A DNA stretch of 64,000 nt, from contig OZ244889.1 in assembly GCA_965221425.1 (NCBI GenBank), positions 2,560,675 through 2,624,674 on the forward strand, in the 5' to 3' direction. The DNA is from Candidatus Poribacteria bacterium. GTDB taxonomy: Bacteria > Poribacteria > WGA-4E > WGA-3G. Shown here piece after piece: positions 39,364 through 49,529 of this stretch. Position numbers and translations under genes: made by a program. Under the pieces are notes generated by a model. It made no database searches. It was given only the letters and a program-made list of their open reading frames with translations, and was not told the DNA's origin. Position 1 is the first letter of the stretch, and each line of letters begins with the position of its first letter.

Positions 39364-40737
39364 TCAGCAAAACCATGCTTCTGTAATTCGTGGGGCGGGC
39401 AGGTGCGTTTGTTTCCTGTTACGGCACAGCGGCGTGTGCCTACTACCATGCATATCAGAAGCAAGTTCCCATATCCGATAAAAGGTTTCCAACGCATCAA
39501 CACCGGTTCGCGCGTCTTTTTCTATAAGCGCATTGACTGTTTTATGAAGTTCATCCATACGAGCGTCGGGATGTGCCCAAATATAACTAAAGGCAGTTTG
39601 GTCAAGTGTCAGCGAAAGTGCTTTCGTTTCAGGACGGTTGAGCAGATAGGAACCGGGCGGAATTAGCAACCGAACAGCATACTGCACCGGGTCAACATGG
39701 TAGGCGAGGCAATGCGTATCAACGAATTCAAGGATCTCAAGGTAGTCGTCTAATGTTGTCCACGGTGTAAACGGTACCCAAGTTGGACGGAGCGCGATGC
39801 CAGAACCGTGTACAATCTCAAGTGCAGCTTCAACATCAGCGCGGGTATGATGTTTTTCCAAAATCGTTAACACCCTATCACTCAACGATTCCACAGCAGA
39901 GATGACAAACCGGCATCCGAGTTCTGCAAATTCTGGAAAGTGTTTGCTGTTTTTAATAATATGTTCAATCTTGGTTGTAAAGTCAAAAGTAAGGTTAGGA
40001 AAGGCATCATGCATTGCGCGGAGAATGCGGAGTCCATGCATCGGTCCGTTGAGGAAATCTGGATCGCCAAATGTGATATGTGTTGCCCCTTCAACAACCT
40101 GTTTCTGAATTTCGTCTAACACAGTTTCTCGCTGTACAGCGAGAAACTTGCCGTTATAGACGGGTGGAATAGGACAGTGGGTGCAAAGGTGCTTACATCC
40201 ATGCGTTGTCTCTGTATATCCGACGGTGCGCACTTCACCGTTGTTCTCAAATCGTGCATACTTTTCTAAAGTAGGGAGTTTACCATTATTTTTTGTAGCA
40301 CGAGGTCTCTGTTCCTTTATCTGTTCTTTCTCTACAAGGGATTGCACTAACGTAACAAGTTGCGTAGACGCTTCACCACCGATGCAAAAATCAACGCCGT
40401 GTGAGAATAGATAGTCAGCATTAAGTTCCGCGTAAAGTCCATACATGCATATTGAAACATCTGGATTGAGTTCGCGAATTCGTTGGAGAAGGTGAACACC
40501 GAGTCGTAAAGCAGTATGCATCGGTACCGAAATACCGATAAACCGAGCGCGTCTGACCTTTTCAGCATCCAGCGGTTCAACAGCGATGTCAATTGTATCA
40601 GGAGAAAACCCAGCAGTTTCAAGCGCACCGAGTGGACGCGTCAATCCTATTGGTCGGTGTCCAAGTTCGTAACAGGAGATTAAAAGGACTGCACCAGGGG
40701 CGTGCATCGCTGAGAAGGTTTGTGTTTCCTTGTCCAT
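39364..40737 (-). CDS. B12-binding-domain radical SAM protein (class B)
   Basis: N-terminal cobalamin-binding-like domain. CKHLCTHC = CX3CX2C radical-SAM motif; 457 aa. Confidence 0.8.
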   Translation of the reverse strand: MDKETQTFSAMHAPGAVLLISCYELGHRPIGLTRPLGALETAGFSPDTIDIAVEPLDAEKVRRARFIGISVPMHTALRLGVHLLQRIRELNPDVSICMYGLYAELNADYLFSHGVDFCIGGEASTQLVTLVQSLVEKEQIKEQRPRATKNNGKLPTLEKYARFENNGEVRTVGYTETTHGCKHLCTHCPIPPVYNGKFLAVQRETVLDEIQKQVVEGATHITFGDPDFLNGPMHGLRILRAMHDAFPNLTFDFTTKIEHIIKNSKHFPEFAELGCRFVISAVESLSDRVLTILEKHHTRADVEAALEIVHGSGIALRPTWVPFTPWTTLDDYLEILEFVDTHCLAYHVDPVQYAVRLLIPPGSYLLNRPETKALSLTLDQTAFSYIWAHPDARMDELHKTVNALIEKDARTGVDALETFYRIWELASDMHGSRHTPLCRNRKQTHLPAPRITEAWFC

Positions 40738-40895
40738 GCTAAATAGGATAGCACGCCATCACCGAATACGCAACATAATTCAGTTCGTGGTCAATTTTGA
40801 CAAACGTCATAACCCTGCTAAACGCTCGAAAAGTGCATCCAATCATGTGTATAAATGAAACGTGTGTGAAATAACAAAAGGAGAACCGTATTACG

Positions 40896-42377
40896 ATGAT
40901 TTGGACGCTGATCCAACGTGAAATCCTAACAAATTTGATGACGTTCCGCTTTTGTGTTACGGTTATTGCATGTATGTCGCTTGTAATTGTCGGAACGGTC
41001 GTTTTAACGGATAATTATGAACGAAGACTCGCGAGTTATAACGCGGATTTCCAAACACACCAAGAAAGAACTTTTGTTGCAAAAACGTATTCATCTTTTA
41101 GAGCAGAAATTGACAGGGCACCTAACCCATTAAGCCTCTTTAATCAAGGACTTGATAAGCGAGCGAAAAACTCTATCCGAATCCGTATTGGAAAGGTCCC
41201 ATTTCTATGGGAGAATGTATATCAACATCAAAGCACAGGATTTAAAAATCCTTTCCGACATTTACTCTCTGATATTGATCTGGTATCTATCTTCCAAATT
41301 CTGTTAAGTCTCCTCGCTCTTGTTTTTGCTTATGACGCAATAGCTGGTGACCTTGAGAACGGCACACTACGCCTTACCCTCGCTAACCCTGTTGCGCGAG
41401 GAGTCGTTATACTGGGAAAATATATCGGTGCCATAGTTTGCCTAACACTGCCTCTCCTGATTAGTTTTTTGTTCGCATTGCTTCTACAACTTCAGTCAAG
41501 TGCTATCCAATATACTGCGGATGACTTCCTTCGAATCGGTGGCATTTTATTCACCACGATTGTCTATATTTCCACTTTTTATCTTATCGGATTGTTTATT
41601 TCAAGCATGATTCACCGCCCGACTACATCGCTAATAGTCTCAATGTTTATCTGGGTAACTTTGACGTTACTCTACCCGAACATGAGTCTGTTCCTTGTGA
41701 ATCGTTTCATTAATACGGAGGAGAGAATAGAACAGGTGAATCGAGAGATTGATCAGATTTCGGAGCGTTATTATCGGGATGAACAGAAACTACAAAACCC
41801 ATTTGAACGTCCATCTCTACTAAAGGGTAGTATCAGCAGTGGGGGATCAAGAGGATATCTACACCTGAGTAAAAATTTGACGTATATTCCAGATGAATCC
41901 GAACCCAATATCCCTACCGTAAAAGCCTATTTTCAAGATTTAACATCTCTGCAGATTCGCGCTGCTGAAACAATTTGGCAAATACGAAAAAACGCCTTTG
42001 CTGAAACTTACATCCGTAAGTCCAGAATTGCCCGAAATGCTTTGCGATTTTCTCCAGCAGGCTTATATCATCTTTCTACTGAGGCTTGGGCGGGGACAGA
42101 CCTTGCCAGGATGGAACACTTTTTCAAAACTGGGCGGCAATACAGACAAACGTTACTGGACTATCTCCATGACAAAAAGGCGTTCAGTTCACGACAATGG
42201 TTTGCAAGCGATAAAGGGGCAGTTCGTTGGGATGATGCGCCACGATTCGTTTATCATCCACCTAACGTATTTGAGGATGCCAGTTCCCGTGCACTGCCCG
42301 ACTTATTTTTGCTTTTTCTTCTTAACCTTGTGCTATTTATAACTACCTTTATGATTTTCAGTCGGCAGGAGGTGTGA
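40896..42377 (+). CDS. Polytopic membrane protein, ABC-2-type permease-like (paralog A)
   Basis: N-terminal TM, 5-6 clustered TM helices in the middle, C-terminal TM. Paralogous to the next gene. Confidence 0.5.
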   Translation: MIWTLIQREILTNLMTFRFCVTVIACMSLVIVGTVVLTDNYERRLASYNADFQTHQERTFVAKTYSSFRAEIDRAPNPLSLFNQGLDKRAKNSIRIRIGKVPFLWENVYQHQSTGFKNPFRHLLSDIDLVSIFQILLSLLALVFAYDAIAGDLENGTLRLTLANPVARGVVILGKYIGAIVCLTLPLLISFLFALLLQLQSSAIQYTADDFLRIGGILFTTIVYISTFYLIGLFISSMIHRPTTSLIVSMFIWVTLTLLYPNMSLFLVNRFINTEERIEQVNREIDQISERYYRDEQKLQNPFERPSLLKGSISSGGSRGYLHLSKNLTYIPDESEPNIPTVKAYFQDLTSLQIRAAETIWQIRKNAFAETYIRKSRIARNALRFSPAGLYHLSTEAWAGTDLARMEHFFKTGRQYRQTLLDYLHDKKAFSSRQWFASDKGAVRWDDAPRFVYHPPNVFEDASSRALPDLFLLFLLNLVLFITTFMIFSRQEV

Positions 42378-42378
42378 A

Positions 42379-43803
42379 ATGCTTCGGCATATTGTCAAAC
42401 GGGAACTCTTTGAACAAGCAAGTAGCCTCCGTTTCGCCCTTGCGATGCTGCTCACTGTTTTTTTGATGATTGTTAATGCCTTGGGACACATTGACGAATA
42501 CAAAACGCAACAAGCAGAATATGGTCAGAAGGTTGCAGAGTCTTTGGCAGAATTGGAACAGAAAAGTAGTAATCTTTATAACCTCGTCCTTCGTGGCCCC
42601 GGTGAACTTCACAAGATGCCTTCACCCTTGTCTTTCTGTGCGCACGGTAGTGAAAACAATTTACCGAGGCTTGTATTAGGACGGGGGTCAGGATGGCATT
42701 GGGGAGGATACTCTGGTTTATGGAGACTCAAGTATGATGCTTTTCCACCTATAACAGCAACAGATATTTTCCCAATCTTCTTAAAAATTGATTGGACACT
42801 GATCATTTCCAGTGTCCTCAGTTTTCTATCGCTCATTTTTACGTTCGACGCGATTTCTGGTGAGGTGGAGCATGGGACACTCCGACTGACCTTATCAAAT
42901 TCCGTTGCACGACGCACAGTACTCACCGGTAAGTTTTTAAGTAGCCTGATTAGCCTCGGTGTTGTGTTGCTGATCGGTGTGTTAGTTAACCTTTTATTGT
43001 TACACCTCTCTGGAACACTCCAATTAAATGTGCAAGAATGGGGTAGAATTATAGGAATCTTCGTGATGGGAATGATGTATATCTCTGTTTTTATTGCCCT
43101 TGGACTCTTCGTGTCTACTCTGACTAACAATGCCTCAACAAGCCTTGTAATGCTTCTCCTTATATGGGTAATTTGGGTAATTCTTGTTCCCTCAATGGTT
43201 GGAACAATCATGAGTGGGTTAAACCTGCCATCAATTGATAGCGGTCCCAGTCCGGTCTTTTTCGCGCGGAACGGACTTCTTGAACGCTACAAGGAACGAG
43301 GCTTGGAGGATGAAGCCCTGACGCGTACTTATCCACCCTCTCCAGCAATATTGCTCGCAGCAGAATTCCTTGATGAAGAAGCACAAGAATGGAAAAGATT
43401 GAACAAAGAATTTTTAAATGCGCAAATATATCAGATTCAGGTGGCAAGGGGTTTCAATCGTGTTTCACCAACTGCAATTTTGCAGTATGCGATTGAATCT
43501 TTTGCAGGAACCGGATTCCAAAGACATCTGAATTTCATGAAAAACGCTGACAATTATGAGACTGAATTCAACTCTTTCCTTATATCCGCCGACCGCGCAG
43601 ATCCAGACAGTCTACATGTTCCCTTTGTAAGAGAAGGCATGTCCGACAAACCTGTCTCCTTTGAAAGCATACCCAAATTCCATGACAGAGTGCATTTAGA
43701 GGATGCGTTTCAAGAAGCAATTCCAGACGTGATGCTGTTGTTCCTATTCTTCATTGTGCTATTTGCGGGGGCACACGTTTCATTTCAACGTAAAGAAATA
43801 TGA
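42379..43803 (+). CDS. Polytopic membrane protein, ABC-2-type permease-like (paralog B)
   Basis: Same topology. ATG is 1 nt after the upstream TGA. Confidence 0.5.
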   Translation: MLRHIVKRELFEQASSLRFALAMLLTVFLMIVNALGHIDEYKTQQAEYGQKVAESLAELEQKSSNLYNLVLRGPGELHKMPSPLSFCAHGSENNLPRLVLGRGSGWHWGGYSGLWRLKYDAFPPITATDIFPIFLKIDWTLIISSVLSFLSLIFTFDAISGEVEHGTLRLTLSNSVARRTVLTGKFLSSLISLGVVLLIGVLVNLLLLHLSGTLQLNVQEWGRIIGIFVMGMMYISVFIALGLFVSTLTNNASTSLVMLLLIWVIWVILVPSMVGTIMSGLNLPSIDSGPSPVFFARNGLLERYKERGLEDEALTRTYPPSPAILLAAEFLDEEAQEWKRLNKEFLNAQIYQIQVARGFNRVSPTAILQYAIESFAGTGFQRHLNFMKNADNYETEFNSFLISADRADPDSLHVPFVREGMSDKPVSFESIPKFHDRVHLEDAFQEAIPDVMLLFLFFIVLFAGAHVSFQRKEI

Positions 43804-43911
43804 CATCGTAAGCGGATAGATCGCTGACTCACACACCATTTCGGTAGCCGTTGAAGTCGTTATACGTAATCCGTTCTACAACAGCATCGCAATCTTGAAA
43901 TCAGCAGGAGT

Positions 43912-45372
43912 TTATAAAAAAGGATAAGTAGAATCGGGAGCATAATCCGGCAGCAAAGCGTTATGGGGTTGCCCTGCTATGAGACTTGTGCCATCAGTAA
44001 AGCCTTCAGGACGGTCGCGTAGAAACTCAATTAGTCTATTTCTCCAAGGCATTAGTCGAGTTTCAGCGTCGCTTTCGCTTGCCAAATCGTGTGTTTCGTG
44101 TGGATCATCCTGCAGATTGAAGAGATGTTCTCTGCCGGTCTGAGAATACCAAATGTACTTGTGGTGTCCGTCAGTCACATAGTGGTTGCCATGCTTGTAA
44201 TTGTAGCAACCGGAGTGTTCACCATGTAGGCAGTCCCGTACCCGGTCAGTATCACCCCGCATGATGGGTAGGAGACTTTTACCGGTGCATGTGCTGGGAA
44301 TATCAATATTTGCAGCATCAAGAATAGTGGGCATGATGTCCTGCAGACCGACAGGACTCTGGCAGACAGATTCTTTCGGATAACCCCATTTCGCTGGTGC
44401 GCGCATGAGAAAAGGCACTCGTGCAGAGGCTTCGTAAGGAAAGGTTTTACGGAACATATTGTGATCGCCTAACATTTCACCGTGGTCAGATGTGAAAATA
44501 ACGAGACAGTCATTCAATCCGCCGACGTTTTGGAGTAGTCTACCGACCTGGTCATCAATGAAGTTAATCATCCCGTAATAGGCTGCACGGGCACACTGCA
44601 TATCGTGGTTGTCAAGGCAAATTTCCCAAGCATTTGGATTCAACCCTTTCTGCGCACCCTCAAATTCTGGCGCCCAATCACCGACCATGGGCGGTGGAAG
44701 GTCACGCTGAATGTAGCGGTGGTAATAGTGGAGCGGTGGTGTTAAAGGCGGGTGCGGGTCTATAAAGGAGATATTGAGAAAAAACGGCACTGAAGGGTCC
44801 CGTTTTCGTAGGAATTTGAGGGCGCGGTCGACACACCAAAAAGTGTGCATCTGCTCTTCGGGTAGGTGATGTGGGCGTCCAACCCATCCGTTGGCAGCGA
44901 CACCGTGTGCCATTCCCGGATCATAATCGTTGCGGCGATGATATTGCTGCAACCACTCGACGTAGTCGTTGTTAGCGGTTCCATGCGTAGCATCGGACAG
45001 CTGGAGATGGTCGAAACCGTATCGCTTACGCGGTGGACTCAGATGTAGTTTGCCAATCATCTCGGTTTGATAACCAGCGGCTGACAATTCGCCAGCCAGC
45101 GTATGTGGTGGATCCCACTGTGCTCCTGTATATCCAACCATTCCGTTGGCTGCTGGTGCGGTCCCAGTCATGATACCGCGCCGGGCAGGAATACAACTCG
45201 GACATTCAGCGTAACCGCGCCGGAAGTGCGTGCCAGAGCGACCAATCCAGTCAAGGTTCGGTGTCTGCAGGCAGTCGGGACCGTCAGGGTCAATACCCAG
45301 ACAATCGCCGCGTTGTTGGTCAGTGGTGATTAATACGATATTCGGACGTTCATCAGACATTTCAATCTCCAA
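43912..45372 (-). CDS. Cys-type sulfatase (arylsulfatase family)
   Basis: SCIPARRGIMTG = C-x-P-x-R-x4-TG formylglycine motif, plus sulfatase N-domain metal ligands. Confidence 0.9.
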   Translation of the reverse strand: MEIEMSDERPNIVLITTDQQRGDCLGIDPDGPDCLQTPNLDWIGRSGTHFRRGYAECPSCIPARRGIMTGTAPAANGMVGYTGAQWDPPHTLAGELSAAGYQTEMIGKLHLSPPRKRYGFDHLQLSDATHGTANNDYVEWLQQYHRRNDYDPGMAHGVAANGWVGRPHHLPEEQMHTFWCVDRALKFLRKRDPSVPFFLNISFIDPHPPLTPPLHYYHRYIQRDLPPPMVGDWAPEFEGAQKGLNPNAWEICLDNHDMQCARAAYYGMINFIDDQVGRLLQNVGGLNDCLVIFTSDHGEMLGDHNMFRKTFPYEASARVPFLMRAPAKWGYPKESVCQSPVGLQDIMPTILDAANIDIPSTCTGKSLLPIMRGDTDRVRDCLHGEHSGCYNYKHGNHYVTDGHHKYIWYSQTGREHLFNLQDDPHETHDLASESDAETRLMPWRNRLIEFLRDRPEGFTDGTSLIAGQPHNALLPDYAPDSTYPFL

Positions 45373-45513
45373 GTTTAAAAACGTTAAACCAGCAGTTTAA
45401 CTATTATACCAATTCAGACAACGACGGAGCACAGAGGCCCGCTGAATACCACACGCGTATTCAGCGTTGATTCTGTCCTACGATATAAATTCACAAAATT
45501 GATTCTATGTTCA

Positions 45514-46890
45514 TCAAGTTCTTGTAAGGCGTTTTAGTACATTATGCGTAATCCGTTCAACAACAGCATCGCCACCTGACAATCCGTGCGACCAATCCGT
45601 CGTAGCAGCAGTAAAGACAGTACCACCTTTCGTATAAATACCCATCGTTGCAGCACCGGTATACCCTTGTTCCCAATGTTCATACCATTCGCAATCATCA
45701 GGATGCCAACGAACAGGCGCAGTCGCGAGAATTGTAAATCCTTCAGGGGTGCCATCTTGATAGGTCGGCACAGGTAAACCATCTTCAAGTGTGAATTCGC
45801 AGCCATCGCATTCGTAGCCGACAATGGTATTTTGTCCACCGAACTTCTCATCCCTTGCTAAGTCTGTCCCTTCAAACACCCAATGTTTCGGACGATGCGC
45901 CGTGTATGCACCATCTCCATCCATAAATTGCCCATGACTCAAATGATAACCGCCTTGCAAGAAACCGACACCCGTCAAATGGTTTTCAGGACGGCCCACC
46001 AAATAGTGACTCCACAAAGTACTCAACGTACTGTGATCATCGGTTTTGTAAACAGGGTCTTGGTTGTAGCTTTGCTTCCAGCAAACAAGTGCGCGACCTT
46101 CGTCTTCAGAACGCACCTGCCAACACACTGCATTCCCACTCAAGAATGCTGCGTTTCCACCATCCGCAATAAATGCCTCAAGATTATCACGCATCGGAGC
46201 AGACCAGTATTCGTCGTGCCCAAGACTCAGGACCAGTTTGTAATGTTCCAGCATTTCAGGACGGAACTCAAGGTCATTATTCGCAGCATAATCAAGTGTA
46301 TATCCGTTCTGCTCTGCCCAGACAACAAAGGGCAACTCCCAAGTCCTGAACTGACTCCCAATAGGCCGGTCAAATGAGACACGACGCCCTTGCATCCCAT
46401 TCTGTCCATGATACCCGTAAAGACTAAATCCGCCCCAGTTGGTGTAGGCGTTATAGGTGTTGGTAGAGAGTTGAAATAAAATCGGGGTTTTTTCTCCAGG
46501 TTTTGCTGGACGAACAATAAAGAACAAAGAACTTTCAGCGGTACGATGGTTTCTATAAATGGGATCACCACCGCCATCTGCCGCTCGGAGTGTGCCTTCA
46601 TAATATCCACTTTGCCACGTTTCAGGCACTTCAAACGTATAGGTAGCCTCCCAGCCACATCCGTGTGATGAAGCATTTACGGGAATTGGTTGTGCCTTAC
46701 CCGGAAGTCCTGATTCGTTGAATACAACCTCGCGTTCCGCACCTATGCGCGCAATTTCCAAAGAATAGTCCCCCGCACTCGTTGAGACATTGAATGCAAT
46801 CTCCTCACCAGGCGCGTAACTCAGTTGATCGGTATATCCATCAATATAAAGCGGTCTAATACGATTTTCGGTTTGCGTTAAAGTTGCCAT
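45514..46890 (-). CDS. Hypothetical protein (458 aa); weak resemblance to N,N-dimethylformamidase-large-subunit-like / ThuA-like fold proteins
   Basis: Long clean ORF; LSLGHDEYWS-type motif; the assignment is tentative. Confidence 0.35.
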   Translation of the reverse strand: MATLTQTENRIRPLYIDGYTDQLSYAPGEEIAFNVSTSAGDYSLEIARIGAEREVVFNESGLPGKAQPIPVNASSHGCGWEATYTFEVPETWQSGYYEGTLRAADGGGDPIYRNHRTAESSLFFIVRPAKPGEKTPILFQLSTNTYNAYTNWGGFSLYGYHGQNGMQGRRVSFDRPIGSQFRTWELPFVVWAEQNGYTLDYAANNDLEFRPEMLEHYKLVLSLGHDEYWSAPMRDNLEAFIADGGNAAFLSGNAVCWQVRSEDEGRALVCWKQSYNQDPVYKTDDHSTLSTLWSHYLVGRPENHLTGVGFLQGGYHLSHGQFMDGDGAYTAHRPKHWVFEGTDLARDEKFGGQNTIVGYECDGCEFTLEDGLPVPTYQDGTPEGFTILATAPVRWHPDDCEWYEHWEQGYTGAATMGIYTKGGTVFTAATTDWSHGLSGGDAVVERITHNVLKRLTRT

Positions 46891-47142
46891 GATGCGTCCT
46901 CCTTGATGTGCAGGGTATCACTTTTTTACAGAAATGTCAACGGTATAAGAACAATATTTCAGAGCATCAAAAATATAGAATTGAGATGATTCGTCATTTT
47001 TACCAAAATGTGATATAATATCCATAGAGAATTGTTTTTTACAGTGATTTGCGTCCTCCATTATATTGAAGGTTCTCTTTTTGTCAAAAAGTACTCTTTC
47101 CTCATCGAACTTACGTTGTATGAAATGAACCGAAGTGGTATT

Positions 47143-47445
47143 ATGGAATTCGACTGGGACGAGCGCAAAAACCGAACAAACTTCAAGAAACATGGAATTC
47201 GCTTTGAAGAAGCGAGACTTATTTTTCAAAGTGTCCACTTCACAAAGGTTGATCCCAGAGATTATTATGACAAACACAGTCAAGCAGAGATTCGAGAGAT
47301 TACCATTGGGACACTTGAAGGCGGAACAGTATTGGTTGTTTGTCACACACATCGGAATAGGAAGAAGCGAATTATCTCTGCCAGAAAAGCAACCTTCAAG
47401 GAAAGGAGAAGATATTATGAAGCTTTCAAAGACACGGCTATCTGA
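47143..47445 (+). CDS. brnT: BrnT-family (DUF497) type II toxin
   Basis: MEFDWDERKNRTNFKKHGIRFEEA...RIISARKAT matches the BrnT consensus. Confidence 0.8.
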   Translation: MEFDWDERKNRTNFKKHGIRFEEARLIFQSVHFTKVDPRDYYDKHSQAEIREITIGTLEGGTVLVVCHTHRNRKKRIISARKATFKERRRYYEAFKDTAI

Positions 47446-47650
47446 AATCGAGAGTCTCCCTGAGGACGCGATTGACACATCAGAGATTCCTGAACTAGAT
47501 GATGACTTTTGGGAAAATGCCAATCGGATTGTCCCTGAAAATTACCTCCAAATTGAACCTGAAATTTTAGAATGGTTCAAAGAACGGGGACAAGATTATC
47601 ACATGCGGATAAATACGGTGCTCCGAGCGTATATGGAGACACATAGGTAA
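47417..47650 (+). CDS. brnA: BrnA-family (DUF4415) antitoxin
   Basis: Overlaps the brnT 3' end by 29 nt. IPELDDDFWENA...PEILEWFKERGQDYHMRINTVLRAY fits DUF4415. Confidence 0.7.
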   Translation: MKLSKTRLSEIESLPEDAIDTSEIPELDDDFWENANRIVPENYLQIEPEILEWFKERGQDYHMRINTVLRAYMETHR

Positions 47651-47654
47651 ATCA

Positions 47655-47830
47655 TTAACATAACCCAAGTTGCTACCTATAATTTTTTAGACATGCAGAC
47701 ACCGTTTTTAATAGAAAATAATTCACCTCTAAAAAAATATCGTTGAGCATACTGTCAGTTTGCGTCCTCACAGGCACAATCTAAATGAAGATTAACTTGT
47801 TAATTAGGTAATTCTAATTTTACCAAAACC
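47655..47830. repeat. Family-A repeat modules (ataacccaagttgctacc; actgtcagtttgcg; cacaatctaaatgaagattaac)
   Basis: Shared modules. Confidence 0.65.
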
Positions 47831-48035
47831 CGGTAGGTGTGATTTTCTAAACGCACCAGACTTCTCTGCCAAATTACCGAATCTTTTTTATCTTCCTACA
47901 GTTTACGGGACAGCAGTGTCCAAATAATTATAGACTTTACTATATGCTGGCGTGAATTTCATTGGAAAAGTTTCTAAATCGTATTTCAACCTAAACGCTG
48001 TCGCAACGTCTATTTTGCAAAGTCTGGAGTCCAAA

Positions 48036-49109
48036 ATGCAAAATTTACTTGCGCAGATTGCAAAACATTTCCGAATAAACTCCTCTGAAATTAGAGTAGA
48101 ACCGATTTACCACGGTAAACAACAAAAGCAGAACGTCTCCCGACTGAGAATCAGAAGAAAAAGCTATTTACTCAAACAACACGATATTACTGAGTCAGTT
48201 ACCAAATCAGGTTTCACACCATTTCAAATTGAGAAGTTTACGTTATCCACACTTTACAAGGGTGGATGCCTTGTACCACGAATTATTTGGGAATCTGAAC
48301 AACAGCATGCGTTATTGTTAGAATGGCGTGGAGACCAGACACTCGATTCCTTAGCACAAAACGAATCGGTATCAAGTCTTATGCCTGAGCTACACACTAT
48401 TCTTAACGTATTCTGTCATATTGAAGAGATCTTTCGGAAAAACGAGGCGCAATTCAAACCTTATGTATTCCATTTTGAACGCAAGCAGACCTTACAACAT
48501 TTACTTGAACAAGGCAGAAAAACAATCGGTTACTTGGAACGTCTGAATAGTACACCGCCTACTACATCACAAATAGCGCAACTTGACGCAGCATGGGCAT
48601 CTCTTTCCAACCGGCTATCAGCGGCACAGCCAACGTTGGGGGGACTTGACTACCAAGCACATAATATCGTGATTGACAGTGCGCTTCCGTATTTTATTGA
48701 TTTTGGAAGTGTTGGGTGGGATTGGCAAGAAAGAAGGTTCGTCCAATATTTTAATAGTATTGGTGCGTACCAGGAAGGTGCTAACTTCGTTTCTTTACTG
48801 AACCGTGAATTAGTAGATGTTTATGCAGCGTGGGTAGTTAACCATCGCAAAAAATGTTCTCCGGCCGACATTACTGCACGCATAGATGGGCATCATTTAC
48901 TTTTTTATCTCTCAATTGTGTTTCGGATATTACACGCTGTTGCAAGACCCGAAACACCTGAAAGCCAAATTCTGTTGGAAGCATGGGGAGATGCACGCTT
49001 GAGATTCCAACGGACGATTTCGCTGATAATTAACGCTGATTTGAGTGATGACGCGTCCATTACCCAAATCCGTAAAATGATTAGAGAATTTCACACCAGT
49101 ATTTTGTAG
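48036..49109 (+). CDS. Phosphotransferase-enzyme-family (APH/choline-kinase-like) protein
   Basis: HNIVID...FIDFGSVG is a kinase-like Brenner/DFG-equivalent motif. The start is ambiguous (48036 or the track start 47952). Confidence 0.55.
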   Translation: MQNLLAQIAKHFRINSSEIRVEPIYHGKQQKQNVSRLRIRRKSYLLKQHDITESVTKSGFTPFQIEKFTLSTLYKGGCLVPRIIWESEQQHALLLEWRGDQTLDSLAQNESVSSLMPELHTILNVFCHIEEIFRKNEAQFKPYVFHFERKQTLQHLLEQGRKTIGYLERLNSTPPTTSQIAQLDAAWASLSNRLSAAQPTLGGLDYQAHNIVIDSALPYFIDFGSVGWDWQERRFVQYFNSIGAYQEGANFVSLLNRELVDVYAAWVVNHRKKCSPADITARIDGHHLLFYLSIVFRILHAVARPETPESQILLEAWGDARLRFQRTISLIINADLSDDASITQIRKMIREFHTSIL

Positions 49110-49118
49110 AATGGAAAC

Positions 49119-49529
49119 CTACTCATCACTGATAATTGTCGCCCTAAGATTTGTCAGGAATTCCTCTACTTCCGGTGTTGATGGCTCAACTTTTTCTGTT
49201 GATAATCCTGCGTTATGAAATTTAGTTTGATATGAGTTGAGTAAATCATAGAGCAGTTTTAAGTCAATCTGTCGACTGTGAATGGCATCGCGAACACTCT
49301 GGAATTGATCCTCTACAGTTTCTTGCGGGACACCATCCGGACGGTTTGTGATGAGGAGTTTTTCAGTGCCGTTTAAGGCGCGTATTGCCACCCAGTACCG
49401 CATGCCTTCAGTGCCTCCGACTCGGTTGTAAACAAATAATCCGATACCTATACTTACAATGAGAATCAAAAACAAAAAGATAAGTACACGTCGGTAACAA
49501 CCACTAATTTTTTGTGCTATAAGTGACAT
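49119..49529 (-). CDS. Hypothetical single-pass membrane protein
   Basis: TM segment VLIFLFLILIVSIGIGLFVY. Its ATG abuts the stop of the upstream amidohydrolase. Confidence 0.4.
   Translation of the reverse strand: MSLIAQKISGCYRRVLIFLFLILIVSIGIGLFVYNRVGGTEGMRYWVAIRALNGTEKLLITNRPDGVPQETVEDQFQSVRDAIHSRQIDLKLLYDLLNSYQTKFHNAGLSTEKVEPSTPEVEEFLTNLRATIISDE

Noticed and set aside
46918-47523. Track ORF 46918-47523 (201 aa, minus strand)
   Set aside because: It is antisense to the well-supported brnT/brnA pair, Ser-rich and low-complexity with no motif.
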